Part shown: positions 51,245 to 60,650 of the stretch, piece after piece
How the letters are laid out: each line of letters begins with the position of its first letter
How positions within the stretch are numbered: the first letter of the stretch is position 1
Source of the DNA: Patescibacteria group bacterium
GTDB taxonomy: Bacteria; Patescibacteriota; UBA1384; JBBRAU01
Direction: 5' to 3'
DNA length: 64,000 nt
Assembly: GCA_038206475.1 (NCBI GenBank)
Contig: JBBRAU010000003.1
Location: forward strand, 13,852-77,851
The notes under the pieces: model-generated
What the model was told of the DNA's origin: nothing
The model's database searches: none
What the model saw: only the letters and a program-made list of their open reading frames with translations
Made by a program: the position numbers and the translations under genes

Positions 51245-53651
51245 CGAGCAGGCGCTGCGCGCCCATTTACAGCGACATTTGACGTTGGCGGCGACTATCG
51301 GACGTCCAGCGGTCGGCTGGTTATGCACCGCTGCCGCCGCAATGGGACTTGCCTTCGGGCTGCAAGGGGCGGTCATCGGCTGGTTGCTGCTTGCGGGCAT
51401 GCTGCCGTTGCTCAGCTTCAGTTTATTCGCGCGGATTGGAGCACGTCATTTGCGCGGCCAGGCGGGCAGTCCGCTTACCGTGCTGACCCCACACGCTGCG
51501 GCCGCGGCCTTAAGCAGTCAATCCGTCGATCAATTATTGTCCAAACTGACTGCTACCTCCAGCAGCGGCTTTGTTTTGGCTCGGCTTGGTTTATCACCCG
51601 AGCAATTTCCAGAGGTGCGGCAGCCGTTGCAGCTAGCGCCGCTCTTGGCCGCTAGCGCAGCCCTTGCGGAACAAACTGGCGATACCGAAATTGGTGCAGC
51701 CCACCTGCTAGTCGCGCTCATTATGAGCCAACCGACTTGGCAAACGGCACTAACAGCGGTCAAGCTGCAGTCAGACGACCTTATGCATGTACTGGAGTGG
51801 CAGCGCCGCAGCGAGCGCCGTTTCGAGGAGGCAAAGTTGGCCTGGCGCAAGGCTAAGGTGAAAACCGGCGGCGGTCTTGGTGGTAACTGGTCAAGCGGCG
51901 CCACGTACACCCTTGATCGCTACGCCGAAGATATTACCGCCGATGTAGCTGAGGGGCGCCTGCCTCCACTATTCGGCAAAACCGCCATGATTGCCTCACT
52001 TGAACAGGCTCTGTCCAAGAGTGAGGGCGCCAATGTCATTTTGGTGGGTCCGGCCGGCGTTGGCAAAGAAGAGATTGTGCTTGGTCTGGCGGGGAAGATG
52101 GCCAGCGGCCAGACGGTACCGGCTTTGCAGTATAAGCGGTTATTAAAATTAAACGTCAGTGCCGCCCTGTCAGGTGCTAATGGCCAGCAGGAGGTCGAGA
52201 GTCGTCTGGTTAGTTTACTCAACGAATCGACGCGCGCTGGCAATATCATCATTTTTATAAATAACTTGGCGACACTACTTGGCACCGGCGACCAAAAAGG
52301 CGCGCTGGGCAGTATCAACGCCGGCAATTTACTGCTGCCGTACTTGCAGGCACACTCTATTCAGCTCATTGGTACGGCCACGCCGGAGCTGTATCGCCAG
52401 CGCCTTGAGCAGATGCCCGAGCTCACCGGCCAATTTGTTACCGTTGATGTCCCAGAACCCACCGCCGAGGATAATCTCAAAATTGTCGAGGAGGCCGTAC
52501 CGGCAATGGAGCAAAAAAACCACGCCCTGGTGACCTACCAAGCGGTTGCCGCCGCAGTTGAGCTAGCCGACCGCTACATTCACGACGTACCATTCCCAGA
52601 GAAAGCCATTTCGCTACTTGATCAGACCGTGGTCAGCCAAACGGCGCTGCGCAATCAACCGCTCATCACCAGACAGTCGGTTGAACAGACGGTGTCTGGC
52701 TTGACGCACGTGCCGGTTGGAGAAGCCAGCCGCGACGAGAAGCACGTTTTACTCAACTTAGAGAACGAGCTGCACAAACGTATCATTGGCCAAAACCAAG
52801 CCATCGAGGCGGTGGCTGATGCTCTCCGCCGCGCTCGAAGTGGTTTGTCGCGTGGCAGCCGGCCAATCGGCTCTTTCCTGTTTATTGGACCGACCGGCGT
52901 CGGCAAAACCGAAACGGCCAAGGCTTTGGCCGCCATCTATTTTGGTGACGAGCAGGCAATGTTGCGCTTTGACATGTCAGAGTACCAAGAAGATGGCTCG
53001 ATCAGCCGTTTAATTGGCGGGCCGGGCGAGAGCGGCCTTTTGACCCAGGCGGTGCGAACACGACCGTTTGCGCTCATTTTGATTGACGAAATTGAAAAGT
53101 CGTCCCCAGGTGTGCGGGATCTCTTCTTACAAATTCTCGACGACGGTCGCCTGACCGACGGCCAGGGTCGCACAGTTGATTTCAAGAACACGCTTATTAT
53201 TGCCACCAGTAATGCTGGCGCCGAGCTGGTGCGCGAGGCGCTCATGAAGCAAACGCCAGCCGCTGAGCTGAAGACTAGTCTGCTTGACTATCTGCTGCGC
53301 CAGGGCGTCTTTAAGCCAGAATTTTTAAACCGCTTCGATGGCGTGGTGGCCTTCTTGCCGCTGACTCTAGAAGAGGTTGAGCAGGTCGTCCAGTTGATGC
53401 TGGCCGACATTAATCGCGGCCTAACCGCTCGACAGGTGACGGTGATTTTGTCGGCCGCGGCGGTGCGCTATATTGCCGAAACTGGTTTTGACCCAACGCT
53501 CGGTGCACGGGCATTGCGTCGTCGGCTGCAAGAGACGGTCGAAGACATATTGGCTAAACAGCTGCTATCGGGCCAGGTCAGCCCCGGCCAAACGATTACG
53601 ATTGATCGGCCGGATTTGACGCCGGCGGCCCAAATTGGAAACTCTGTCTAA
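51237..53651 (+). CDS. Membrane-anchored ClpA/ClpB-like AAA+ ATPase
   Basis: N-terminal TMs and a Clp N-repeat-like region; degenerate NBD1 (GPAGVGKE, FINN); intact NBD2 (GPTGVGKT, IDEIEK, PEFLNRFD, GARALRR). Confidence 0.9.
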   Translation: MPDEQALRAHLQRHLTLAATIGRPAVGWLCTAAAAMGLAFGLQGAVIGWLLLAGMLPLLSFSLFARIGARHLRGQAGSPLTVLTPHAAAAALSSQSVDQLLSKLTATSSSGFVLARLGLSPEQFPEVRQPLQLAPLLAASAALAEQTGDTEIGAAHLLVALIMSQPTWQTALTAVKLQSDDLMHVLEWQRRSERRFEEAKLAWRKAKVKTGGGLGGNWSSGATYTLDRYAEDITADVAEGRLPPLFGKTAMIASLEQALSKSEGANVILVGPAGVGKEEIVLGLAGKMASGQTVPALQYKRLLKLNVSAALSGANGQQEVESRLVSLLNESTRAGNIIIFINNLATLLGTGDQKGALGSINAGNLLLPYLQAHSIQLIGTATPELYRQRLEQMPELTGQFVTVDVPEPTAEDNLKIVEEAVPAMEQKNHALVTYQAVAAAVELADRYIHDVPFPEKAISLLDQTVVSQTALRNQPLITRQSVEQTVSGLTHVPVGEASRDEKHVLLNLENELHKRIIGQNQAIEAVADALRRARSGLSRGSRPIGSFLFIGPTGVGKTETAKALAAIYFGDEQAMLRFDMSEYQEDGSISRLIGGPGESGLLTQAVRTRPFALILIDEIEKSSPGVRDLFLQILDDGRLTDGQGRTVDFKNTLIIATSNAGAELVREALMKQTPAAELKTSLLDYLLRQGVFKPEFLNRFDGVVAFLPLTLEEVEQVVQLMLADINRGLTARQVTVILSAAAVRYIAETGFDPTLGARALRRRLQETVEDILAKQLLSGQVSPGQTITIDRPDLTPAAQIGNSV

Positions 53652-54453
53652 CCTGCTCAAGTAGCGGCTTATAGATCGTGCTTTTGCCGGACGGCACTGT
53701 CAGCGTTAACACTGTGACGGTTTGTGCACGCAGCGTAATTAGCTGTAGGTTTTCAAGTTCCAGATTGTCGAAGCGGTAACTCGCGCTAATGAAGATGGCT
53801 GGCTGGCCGCCGAGCGTGGTTTGGGTTTGGCTGTCCGCCTGGTAATTGGCTAGAGCACTGGGCAGCGCGATAAGCTGGCGAGTTACGTACTCAGGTAGCG
53901 TATCGGTCACGCCACCTTCGCGGCTAACGGCCAGGTTGGGGTAGAATGGGCCGCTCTCTAGGCGGTTGCTCAAAAAAACGACCAAAGCACCGGTCGGCGG
54001 TGCTGATTTGACGGTCCAGCCGGCTGGAGCTGTCAGACGAAAATCGGGCCCACTGTAGACGAGGGGAGTGGCGCTGCCGGTAGGCAGTACCGTAGTTAAG
54101 CTAGCCCCGGTATGGAGGTGGACAAACCAACCGAGGGCAGACACGCTCAGCAACAAAAAAATACTGACCAAAAGCAGCAGGCGACTACTGCTTCTCTCGG
54201 CTGTTTGTCGCGCCAGCGTGCCGCGCGATGGCCTCTCCCGCTCCACTGATTGCTTAGGTAGCCGTAGCATCGGCGTGACTGGCGCAGGCGTCGCCAGTGC
54301 CGACACGGGCGGCGCAAGAGGGTTGAGCAGCAGTGTCAGTACGCTATCTGGCCAACCAGCCGACTGCAGTCGCTGGTAAATAGCACCGTCGGCAAAACCA
54401 AGCGCCCGGCACTCTGCCACATACAACCCCAGCTTCTCATTTGCTTCGTTCAT
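53596..54453 (-). CDS. Membrane-anchored protein with PsbP/DcrB-like domain
   Basis: LQSAGWP N-terminal motif, TM, then F.LTAPAGW...TTLGGQPA...VRQSFQF. Confidence 0.7.
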   Translation of the reverse strand: MNEANEKLGLYVAECRALGFADGAIYQRLQSAGWPDSVLTLLLNPLAPPVSALATPAPVTPMLRLPKQSVERERPSRGTLARQTAERSSSRLLLLVSIFLLLSVSALGWFVHLHTGASLTTVLPTGSATPLVYSGPDFRLTAPAGWTVKSAPPTGALVVFLSNRLESGPFYPNLAVSREGGVTDTLPEYVTRQLIALPSALANYQADSQTQTTLGGQPAIFISASYRFDNLELENLQLITLRAQTVTVLTLTVPSGKSTIYKPLLEQVRQSFQFGPPASNPADQS

Positions 54454-54595
54454 CCTATAGAGAGTTTCATTAACATCTTCTTCAGTATACAGCGGCCAGG
54501 CCAGCCCGACTAGTCGGCAGACGTGAAATATGGTACTTTATGTGCAACCAAAGTGACGGCAGTCGAGCTATGGCTAGAGTGCTGTTATCAATATA

Positions 54596-54672
54596 GGGCG
54601 ATTAGCTCAGCTGGTTAGAGCGCGTCACTGATAATGACGAGGTCAATGGTTCGATCCCATTATCGCCCACCA
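54596..54672 (+). tRNA. tRNA-Ile (GAU)
   Basis: Cloverleaf GGGCGAT/ATCGCCC, anticodon loop CTGATAA, GTTCGAT and encoded CCA. Confidence 0.97.
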
Positions 54673-55158
54673 AGAAAAAGAAAAAATCCCGCCGGCTACC
54701 AAGCTTGGCGGGATTTTGGTTGTTTGGTCGCCAGCGAAGCTTTTGAAAGGGAACCCGTCAGCCCGTGGCAGCTTGTTACGGCTTAACCGAAATGTCTCTT
54801 GAATGCGCTTAGCGATCCGGTCGACCTCGGCGCGGATCTCTGGTGGCAGTGCTTTGTATTTTCGTTTGCCGTATTTCCCGAGGAGGTGCGGGCCGACCCG
54901 ATATGTCCAGATCGGAGTCCCAGCGACGATATCGTTGGCAATGAAGCAGGTAGTCAGAATCTCTGTGAGATGGGGACAGTCATGGTACTGAGGATGGCAG
55001 GTGAACTGGCCGAAGACCGTCGGATTAGCATCGGCCGCAGCGTCGAAGCAAGCTGCCAGGTCGGTGTTGCGTTCGAACTGAACTCTCCGACCCAGTTTGT
55101 GCAGTGTGGCGATTACCAGGTCGCTGGAGTCCGGGGTGGATCTGAGGACGTGGCTCAT
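54643..55158 (-). CDS. Orphan protein with run-on C-terminus
   Basis: SD GAGG before ATG; the frame runs through the terminator into the tRNA-Ile antisense. Confidence 0.5.
   Translation of the reverse strand: MSHVLRSTPDSSDLVIATLHKLGRRVQFERNTDLAACFDAAADANPTVFGQFTCHPQYHDCPHLTEILTTCFIANDIVAGTPIWTYRVGPHLLGKYGKRKYKALPPEIRAEVDRIAKRIQETFRLSRNKLPRADGFPFKSFAGDQTTKIPPSLVAGGIFSFSWWAIMGSNH
54683..54717. terminator. Terminator after tRNA-Ile
   Basis: aaaatcccgcc...ggcgggatttt. Confidence 0.75.
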
Positions 55159-55320
55159 AAGTATGCCTCTCAGGGAGAAGGTGCGACGACCGTTTAGTTG
55201 TACCGTAAATTGAACAATCTGGCCAGTATTTCACTAGCACACAGGCGAGGCTTGTGCTACGCTCAGGCCAAATAACCAATTGCCGCAGACATCTCGCGGC
55301 AGACAAAGACAAGGAGTTCG

Positions 55321-55797
55321 ATGGATCAAACCACCCTTCTGCTCTTGCTCTTTTTCGTCTACCTGATTATCGGCGGTGCCGTCAGTCTGGTAGTCGTCCT
55401 TGAGCGGAGTCGTGAGCTGGGAGACGGTGCGTACCGCTTCTCGCCAACTAAGGCCTTCCTGCAGCACGTTGCCACGCTTGGCGCGGCCCTGATTTGGCCA
55501 TTCTTCGCCAGTAGTATGGCACAAGCAATTGGTAAAAATGAGGCACAAAGCTTCTGGGTGATGATCGCCGCGGCGGCCGTGGCCTGGGTTGCCAGCTACT
55601 TCTTGGCGGCCAAGCCGGTCATTGCTCGCTCCGCCCTGTTTGGTGGCCTGCTGACCCTACTGCTGTCATTCTCCTTCTACACGACAAGCCTTAGTCAGGC
55701 AGAGAAAATTGTTGTCCCAGTTGTCGCCATACTCGTCCTGGTCGCGGCCGCGCTCTGGCCGACAATGTCCGGCAAATCGGTTAAGGAGGTGAAATGA
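55321..55797 (+). CDS. Hypothetical multi-pass membrane protein
   Basis: SD AAGGAG; about 5 hydrophobic segments. Confidence 0.75.
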   Translation: MDQTTLLLLLFFVYLIIGGAVSLVVVLERSRELGDGAYRFSPTKAFLQHVATLGAALIWPFFASSMAQAIGKNEAQSFWVMIAAAAVAWVASYFLAAKPVIARSALFGGLLTLLLSFSFYTTSLSQAEKIVVPVVAILVLVAAALWPTMSGKSVKEVK

Positions 55798-56315
55798 CAT
55801 CCCGCAGTTTCACAAGTTACCCGTGGATGCTTGGTGCTGTTATGGCCTTATCGGCTGCTCTGATGACCATCGTGGTGGGTCAAAGTGTCGTAAAAGCGCC
55901 AACCGCACCAAACATTCCGACACCAACTTGTACGCCAGGGTCGTATGACGCTAGCGGTAAGTACCAAGAGAACGCTGACTGTACCAAAGAGTACACCTCC
56001 TACCAAGAACAATCCTCAAAAACTAACGCCAGCTATCAGGCTGACAAGAACAAGGCAGACCAAAAACAGGCTGGTTTGGTGGTGCTGATCGCCATCGTTT
56101 TGGCCGCCATCAGCTACTGGGCTAACACCAAAACGGCCGTCTTGCGTGGTTTGGCCGTCGGCGGTATTGCTGGCGTGGTCGGCTTAGTGCTGATGCAGTT
56201 GCCCGGCTACTCTTCAGCGCTGCGCGCCACTTCGCTCGGCCTTATCCTGCTGGGCATTTATGCCATGAGCTGGGCGTGGCTGGAAACGGATTTGACCGGC
56301 CCGAAAGACGCATAG
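55794..56315 (+). CDS. Hypothetical membrane protein with Cys-containing extracellular loop
   Basis: SD AAGGAGG; 4 TMs; overlaps the upstream gene. Confidence 0.75.
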   Translation: MTSRSFTSYPWMLGAVMALSAALMTIVVGQSVVKAPTAPNIPTPTCTPGSYDASGKYQENADCTKEYTSYQEQSSKTNASYQADKNKADQKQAGLVVLIAIVLAAISYWANTKTAVLRGLAVGGIAGVVGLVLMQLPGYSSALRATSLGLILLGIYAMSWAWLETDLTGPKDA

Positions 56316-56322
56316 TCGGCGC

Positions 56323-56898
56323 ATGCCAATCCGGAGGGGACTGACATTAATTTATACGGGGGACGGTAAAGGTAAAACATCCGCCAGCTTAGGACTTATC
56401 GTTCGTGCGGCGGCCCAAGGTAGTGCCCCCACTGGAAGCACGGCTTCCAGTGGGAAGCCCTGGCGGATTGCCTTTTTGCAATTTATTAAACAATGGGACT
56501 TTCTATCCGAGCACAAGACACTGCGTGACCGCTTTCCGGAAGTGACACATGAACTATATGGCGAAGGCTTTGTCGGGATCTTGGGTGACAAGAAGCCGCG
56601 GCAGGTTCACGAGAAGGCGGCGATGGCCGGCATCACTCGGGCCAAGCAGCTGCTCACCGCAGAAAACTACGATTTAGTCATTTTGGATGAGATTTGTGGC
56701 ACCGTAACCGGCAATTTAGTGCCGGAAGCGGCGGTACTTGAGCTAATGGACGCTAAACCAGCCGCCGCCCATTTGGCGCTAACCGGCCGTGGGGCCACGG
56801 CAGCAATGATCGCCAGGGCTGACTTAGTGACCGAGATGCGTGAAGTCAAGCATCCGTTTCAGCAGGGCATTCAAGCCCAGCGCGGCATAGACTTTTAG
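56323..56898 (+). CDS. cobO: Cob(I)alamin adenosyltransferase (CobA/BtuR type)
   Basis: IYTGDGKGKTSAS, LQFIK, LVILDEI, LTGR and ADLVTEMREVKHPF...GIDF motifs. Confidence 0.95.
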   Translation: MPIRRGLTLIYTGDGKGKTSASLGLIVRAAAQGSAPTGSTASSGKPWRIAFLQFIKQWDFLSEHKTLRDRFPEVTHELYGEGFVGILGDKKPRQVHEKAAMAGITRAKQLLTAENYDLVILDEICGTVTGNLVPEAAVLELMDAKPAAAHLALTGRGATAAMIARADLVTEMREVKHPFQQGIQAQRGIDF

Positions 56899-56914
56899 TG
56901 AGTAGAGGGAAAGC

Positions 56915-57394
56915 ATGTTAATTATTCCGCATATGTTGGCTGGTGCGGCCATTGGTACGCTGGTGCCTAATCCGTATCTGGCATTCCCGCTGGGCATCGC
57001 CTCGCATTACGCGCTTGATGCCTTGCCGCACTGGGATACTGGTCAAGTTCGCAAGCGTAAGGCGGATGGCGGCGTGCCAGAGCAGTTTGAACGGTGGGAA
57101 TTTCCGTTTGCAGCGCTGGATATTCTGTTCGCCCTGGCGCTCACCTGGTATTTTTGGCAAAGCCATGGCCAAGCGCCCGGCGTACTGGCTGGCGGTCTCG
57201 GTGGGCTGTTGCCGGATGCACTGGACAATGTGCCCTTCTGGAGCCCTCGGTTGCGTAAACTGCCGCTGTTTGCCAAAATCGCATCCTGTCACGAATGGGC
57301 GCACTACCCCACACTGCCCAGACGCGAGCTATGGTTGGGCATCATATCGCCGACCATCGTCGTCATCCTGGCGCTAGGCTGGCTGCTGTCATGA
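56915..57394 (+). CDS. Membrane protein, metal-dependent hydrolase-like
   Basis: PHMLAGA, SHYALDALPHWD and LLPD motifs. Confidence 0.7.
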   Translation: MLIIPHMLAGAAIGTLVPNPYLAFPLGIASHYALDALPHWDTGQVRKRKADGGVPEQFERWEFPFAALDILFALALTWYFWQSHGQAPGVLAGGLGGLLPDALDNVPFWSPRLRKLPLFAKIASCHEWAHYPTLPRRELWLGIISPTIVVILALGWLLS

Positions 57395-57609
57395 ATTTCT
57401 TCTGGCGCCTCATTATTTCGGTCGCCGCCTTCGGTATTGGCTATGTGGCGCTGACCGGAACCCTGCCAATTGTCCGCATATTTGGTAAGATGCCGCTAGC
57501 GGAGCAGTACGCCGGCCAAGGCTCCACCTATTTGGCTTGGAAGCTGATTGGCATCGCCCTCATGGCCTTTGCCGTGCTGTATCTGCTGGGTTTTGTTCAC
57601 CTGTGGTGA
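57391..57609 (+). CDS. Small membrane protein
   Basis: ATG overlaps the upstream TGA; FGKMPLAEQYAG.GSTYLAWKLIG; 2 TMs. Confidence 0.65.
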   Translation: MNFFWRLIISVAAFGIGYVALTGTLPIVRIFGKMPLAEQYAGQGSTYLAWKLIGIALMAFAVLYLLGFVHLW

Positions 57610-57853
57610 AGGAAGCGAGGCTCGCTCGAAACAGAAGAATCACGTAAGCCATGAGATAAAGCTTATTTGGTAATAATCTCACACTTCGTTCGAGAACATT
57701 GCCAAACTTACTAGCTCTTTCAAGCCAGTTCCGGAGTTGTGCTCCGAACAGAAAAAAATAGGCCCTTATTACGAGCGAAAGCGAGTAAAAAGGGGTAATA
57801 TACATAAACTACTGGGCCCTTATGGCGTAGCCAAAAGGGACCGAGCGTAGCGA

Positions 57854-57929
57854 GGGCCCTTAGCTCATTTGGTAGAGCGCCGCCTTTGCATGGCGGAGGT
57901 GGCCGGTTCGAGCCCGGCAGGGTCCACCA
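57854..57929 (+). tRNA. tRNA-Ala (UGC)
   Basis: GGGCCCT/AGGGTCC stem with G3-U70, TGC anticodon, GTTCGAG and CCA. Confidence 0.97.
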
Positions 57930-58123
57930 ATGGCTTGTCATCCCGCAGGGATGGTATGCCATTGGTGAGTCTGGTAGGGGAAGATATCACCGCGTAGCGG
58001 AAGGTTCGGTCACGAGGCCGAAGGCCGATTGGGGGTACCCGGCAAGCCAGGGTTCCCATGACAGCTAAGCTGGAAATGGGATGCCCGTAGCGCGCCAGGG
58101 GTCTGCCCGGCAGGGTCCACCAA
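57912..58123. mobile_element. 193-bp structured insert bounded by a 19-bp duplication of the tRNA-Ala 3' end
   Basis: gcccggcagggtccaccaa at 57912-57930 and 58105-58123. Confidence 0.6.
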
Positions 58124-58150
58124 ACAAAGCACGCCTAAGGAATTGAAGAG

Positions 58151-58465
58151 ATGAGCGAAAATCAAGATGGACTGAGATCAAAACAGGGTGGAACAGGCAT
58201 TGGAGAACGGCCGCCAACCAACAGTGAAATGTGGGAATACGTAAAAAAAGGGCGAGCTGAGCAGGAGCGAGAGAATAGGGCGATTAGGGCAGAAATTCGA
58301 AGCGGAGTGAATCTGATTATCATTTTAGCATCTGCTACGTTATTGGTTACTATTTGTGGAGTCGTGATCTCAATATTCATGATTAGTTTGGACGAGGTGA
58401 AGAACACTCAAAATGTATACCATGAATATTTACAGACTATGAAAGAAATACAGAAAAACAAATAG
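58151..58465 (+). CDS. Hypothetical single-TM protein (AT-rich)
   Basis: 104-aa ORF with one TM, visibly AT-richer than core genes. Confidence 0.6.
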   Translation: MSENQDGLRSKQGGTGIGERPPTNSEMWEYVKKGRAEQERENRAIRAEIRSGVNLIIILASATLLVTICGVVISIFMISLDEVKNTQNVYHEYLQTMKEIQKNK

Positions 58466-58473
58466 GGAGTCGC

Positions 58474-59031
58474 ATGCAAGAGGACGAAAGCGACTTGAGC
58501 CAATATTTAAAACAAATACTTGAATTTATCGAAAAGGCTCAAGCAACAGGACCAGATAAATTTTTTGCGCAAACCGCCAATGCGGGAAGAGTTTTTTATT
58601 TGGCCTTAGATGCAGCTTTGACTACTCATGCAGTCTTCGCCAAGATGTCCTTTGGCCCTGCGGAATTATCAAGTGTAGACATTACTCACATCGAAAATAT
58701 GGGATGGTTATTAGACAGGTCATATTTGAATGACACCTACGTAGCGGCTGTTAAAACCAATTTTATTCTTGATTTGTGGATTTGCGTGAGGGAGAATTTG
58801 AACTCGCAACAGGTTTCCGAAAACAGCTTCCTTTCCAGTTTCAAGGTCGTCATTAATTCTATTTTTAATGGATCAATTGTGACCGATGAAATTCGGATCG
58901 ATCTTGATGCAGAGCAGCCAATAGTGGCAGACGTGGGACAACCAATTGACTTTATGACTCTAGAAACAATTTTGCAGCTGGCAAATAAGCTTCAGTTGGA
59001 AGTCGCTACATTACTTAGAAAAAATACGTAA
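58474..59031 (+). CDS. Hypothetical protein (AT-rich)
   Basis: 185-aa ORF with SD GGAG. Confidence 0.65.
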   Translation: MQEDESDLSQYLKQILEFIEKAQATGPDKFFAQTANAGRVFYLALDAALTTHAVFAKMSFGPAELSSVDITHIENMGWLLDRSYLNDTYVAAVKTNFILDLWICVRENLNSQQVSENSFLSSFKVVINSIFNGSIVTDEIRIDLDAEQPIVADVGQPIDFMTLETILQLANKLQLEVATLLRKNT

Positions 59032-59048
59032 CTAAGTATCGCCATCTC

Positions 59049-59078
59049 TTGACACGTGTGGGCTGAGCGTGGTACCTT
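59049..59078 (+). promoter_or_regulatory. Probable 23S-5S promoter
   Basis: TTGACA-18-TACCTT with extended TG. Confidence 0.6.
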
Positions 59079-60114
59079 TTGGACAGATGATTTCACGAGG
59101 TGAACTCTAAGGGTTAACAGCGCGCTTTTCTTCTGGTTTGGTGCTGCTCTGCCCGCTCTCAACGGCCTCTCACGGGCCTTTCAGGAGCGGATTTTTGTAC
59201 GGTCACACGTATCTTGCCCTTGCCTCCTGTTTGAGGGGAGAACTCTCTGACGAATTACCTTTCGCCAGAGAGCATCCTGTCAAGCCGAAGCAACTCCGGT
59301 TGCCACGCCTGCTAGGTGTACTTGAATAACTCGAAACACAATATACTGGATATTAATTTAATTTCTCCCGATATAAAAACTAGCGGAGCTTTTATCAAGC
59401 TTCGCTAGATATAATTCGTTAAACATGTAAATGTAAATTTTTTGTACAGCGCCTGCCAAATTCATCATCACCGACTAAAGCGGTGGTGCCTAGAGATGGC
59501 AAGTCAGATGGATAGCCTGTCAAGGTTATTTTGTTCGCAGTACGTTGGGCGCTTCGGCGCTCTGGCGTACTGCGTATAGACAGAGGTGTTGTGCGAAAGC
59601 GTGAATGGTGGATGCCTTGGCATAAAGAGCCGAAGAAGGACGTCGGACGCGACGAAATGCCTCGGGGAGGTGCGAACCAACCTGTGATCCGGGGATATCC
59701 GAATGGGGAAACCCCACATGGTCAACCCATGTGACCCTCTTCTGAATATATAGGAAGAGCGGAGGTAAGCTGCTGAACTGAAACATCTTAGTAGGCAGAA
59801 GAAAAGAAATCGAGTACGCCAGTGCCGAAAGGCGCTGGCTGAGATTCCGTTAGTAGTGGCGAGCGAACGCGGAAAAGCCTAAACCGTACGTTAATTTATT
59901 ATTGTACGGGGTTGCAGGGCCACGGTAGGGTGTAGCCCGGAGAGTTTTATAAAATTTCTTTATAGTTGAAGCGCTTGGAATGGCGCGCCAGAGACGGTGA
60001 TAGCCCGGTAAGCGAAATAAAGGAGTCTCTCTGACTGTGGTACCTAAGTAGGGCTGGACACGTGAAATCCGGTCTGAATCTGGGGCGATCACGCTCTAAG
60101 GCTAAATACTCTTT

Positions 60115-60156
<42 letters not shown>

Positions 60157-60618
60157 TACCCTGAATAAGGGAGTGAAAAGACCTGAAACCATGACACGTA
60201 CAAAGGGTCGGAGCCCAGCTTGCTGGGTGACGGCGTGCCTTTTGTAGAATGAGCCTACGAGTGTGCTGTATATGGCAAGCTTAAGGGGTAATCTCCCGCA
60301 GGCGTAGGGAAACCGAGTCCGAATAGGGCGAACAATTTGAGTCATATGCACACAACCCGAAACCAGGCGATCTATCCATGGGCAGGGTGAAGCGGCCTTA
60401 ACCGGTCGTGGAGGCCCGCACCTACCGGCGTTGAAAAGCCGGGGGATGACCTGTGGATCGCGCAGAAATTGCAATCGAGCTTGGAGATAGCTGGTTCTCC
60501 CCGAAATATATTGAGGTATAGCCGCACGTATAAGCTTAGAGGTAGAGCTACTGGTTGGATGCTGGGTGCGCAAGCGCTCACGTTCAGATAAACTCCGAAT
60601 GCTAAGTGTTCAGCGTGC

Positions 60619-60650
<32 letters not shown>

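Noticed and set aside
57931-58104. SRP RNA, RNase P RNA or HDV-like (theta) ribozyme after tRNA-Ala
   Set aside because: There is no SRP CAGG-GNRA-AGCA loop and no GAGGAAAGTCC, and I could not build the nested double pseudoknot starting at the tRNA 3' end.
57814-58122. tmRNA reading of the outer GGGCCCT...AGGGTCCACCA pair
   Set aside because: The outer 3' copy lacks a TTCRA T-loop, a complete tRNA-Ala sits inside, and no tag ORF is evident; end duplications explain it better.
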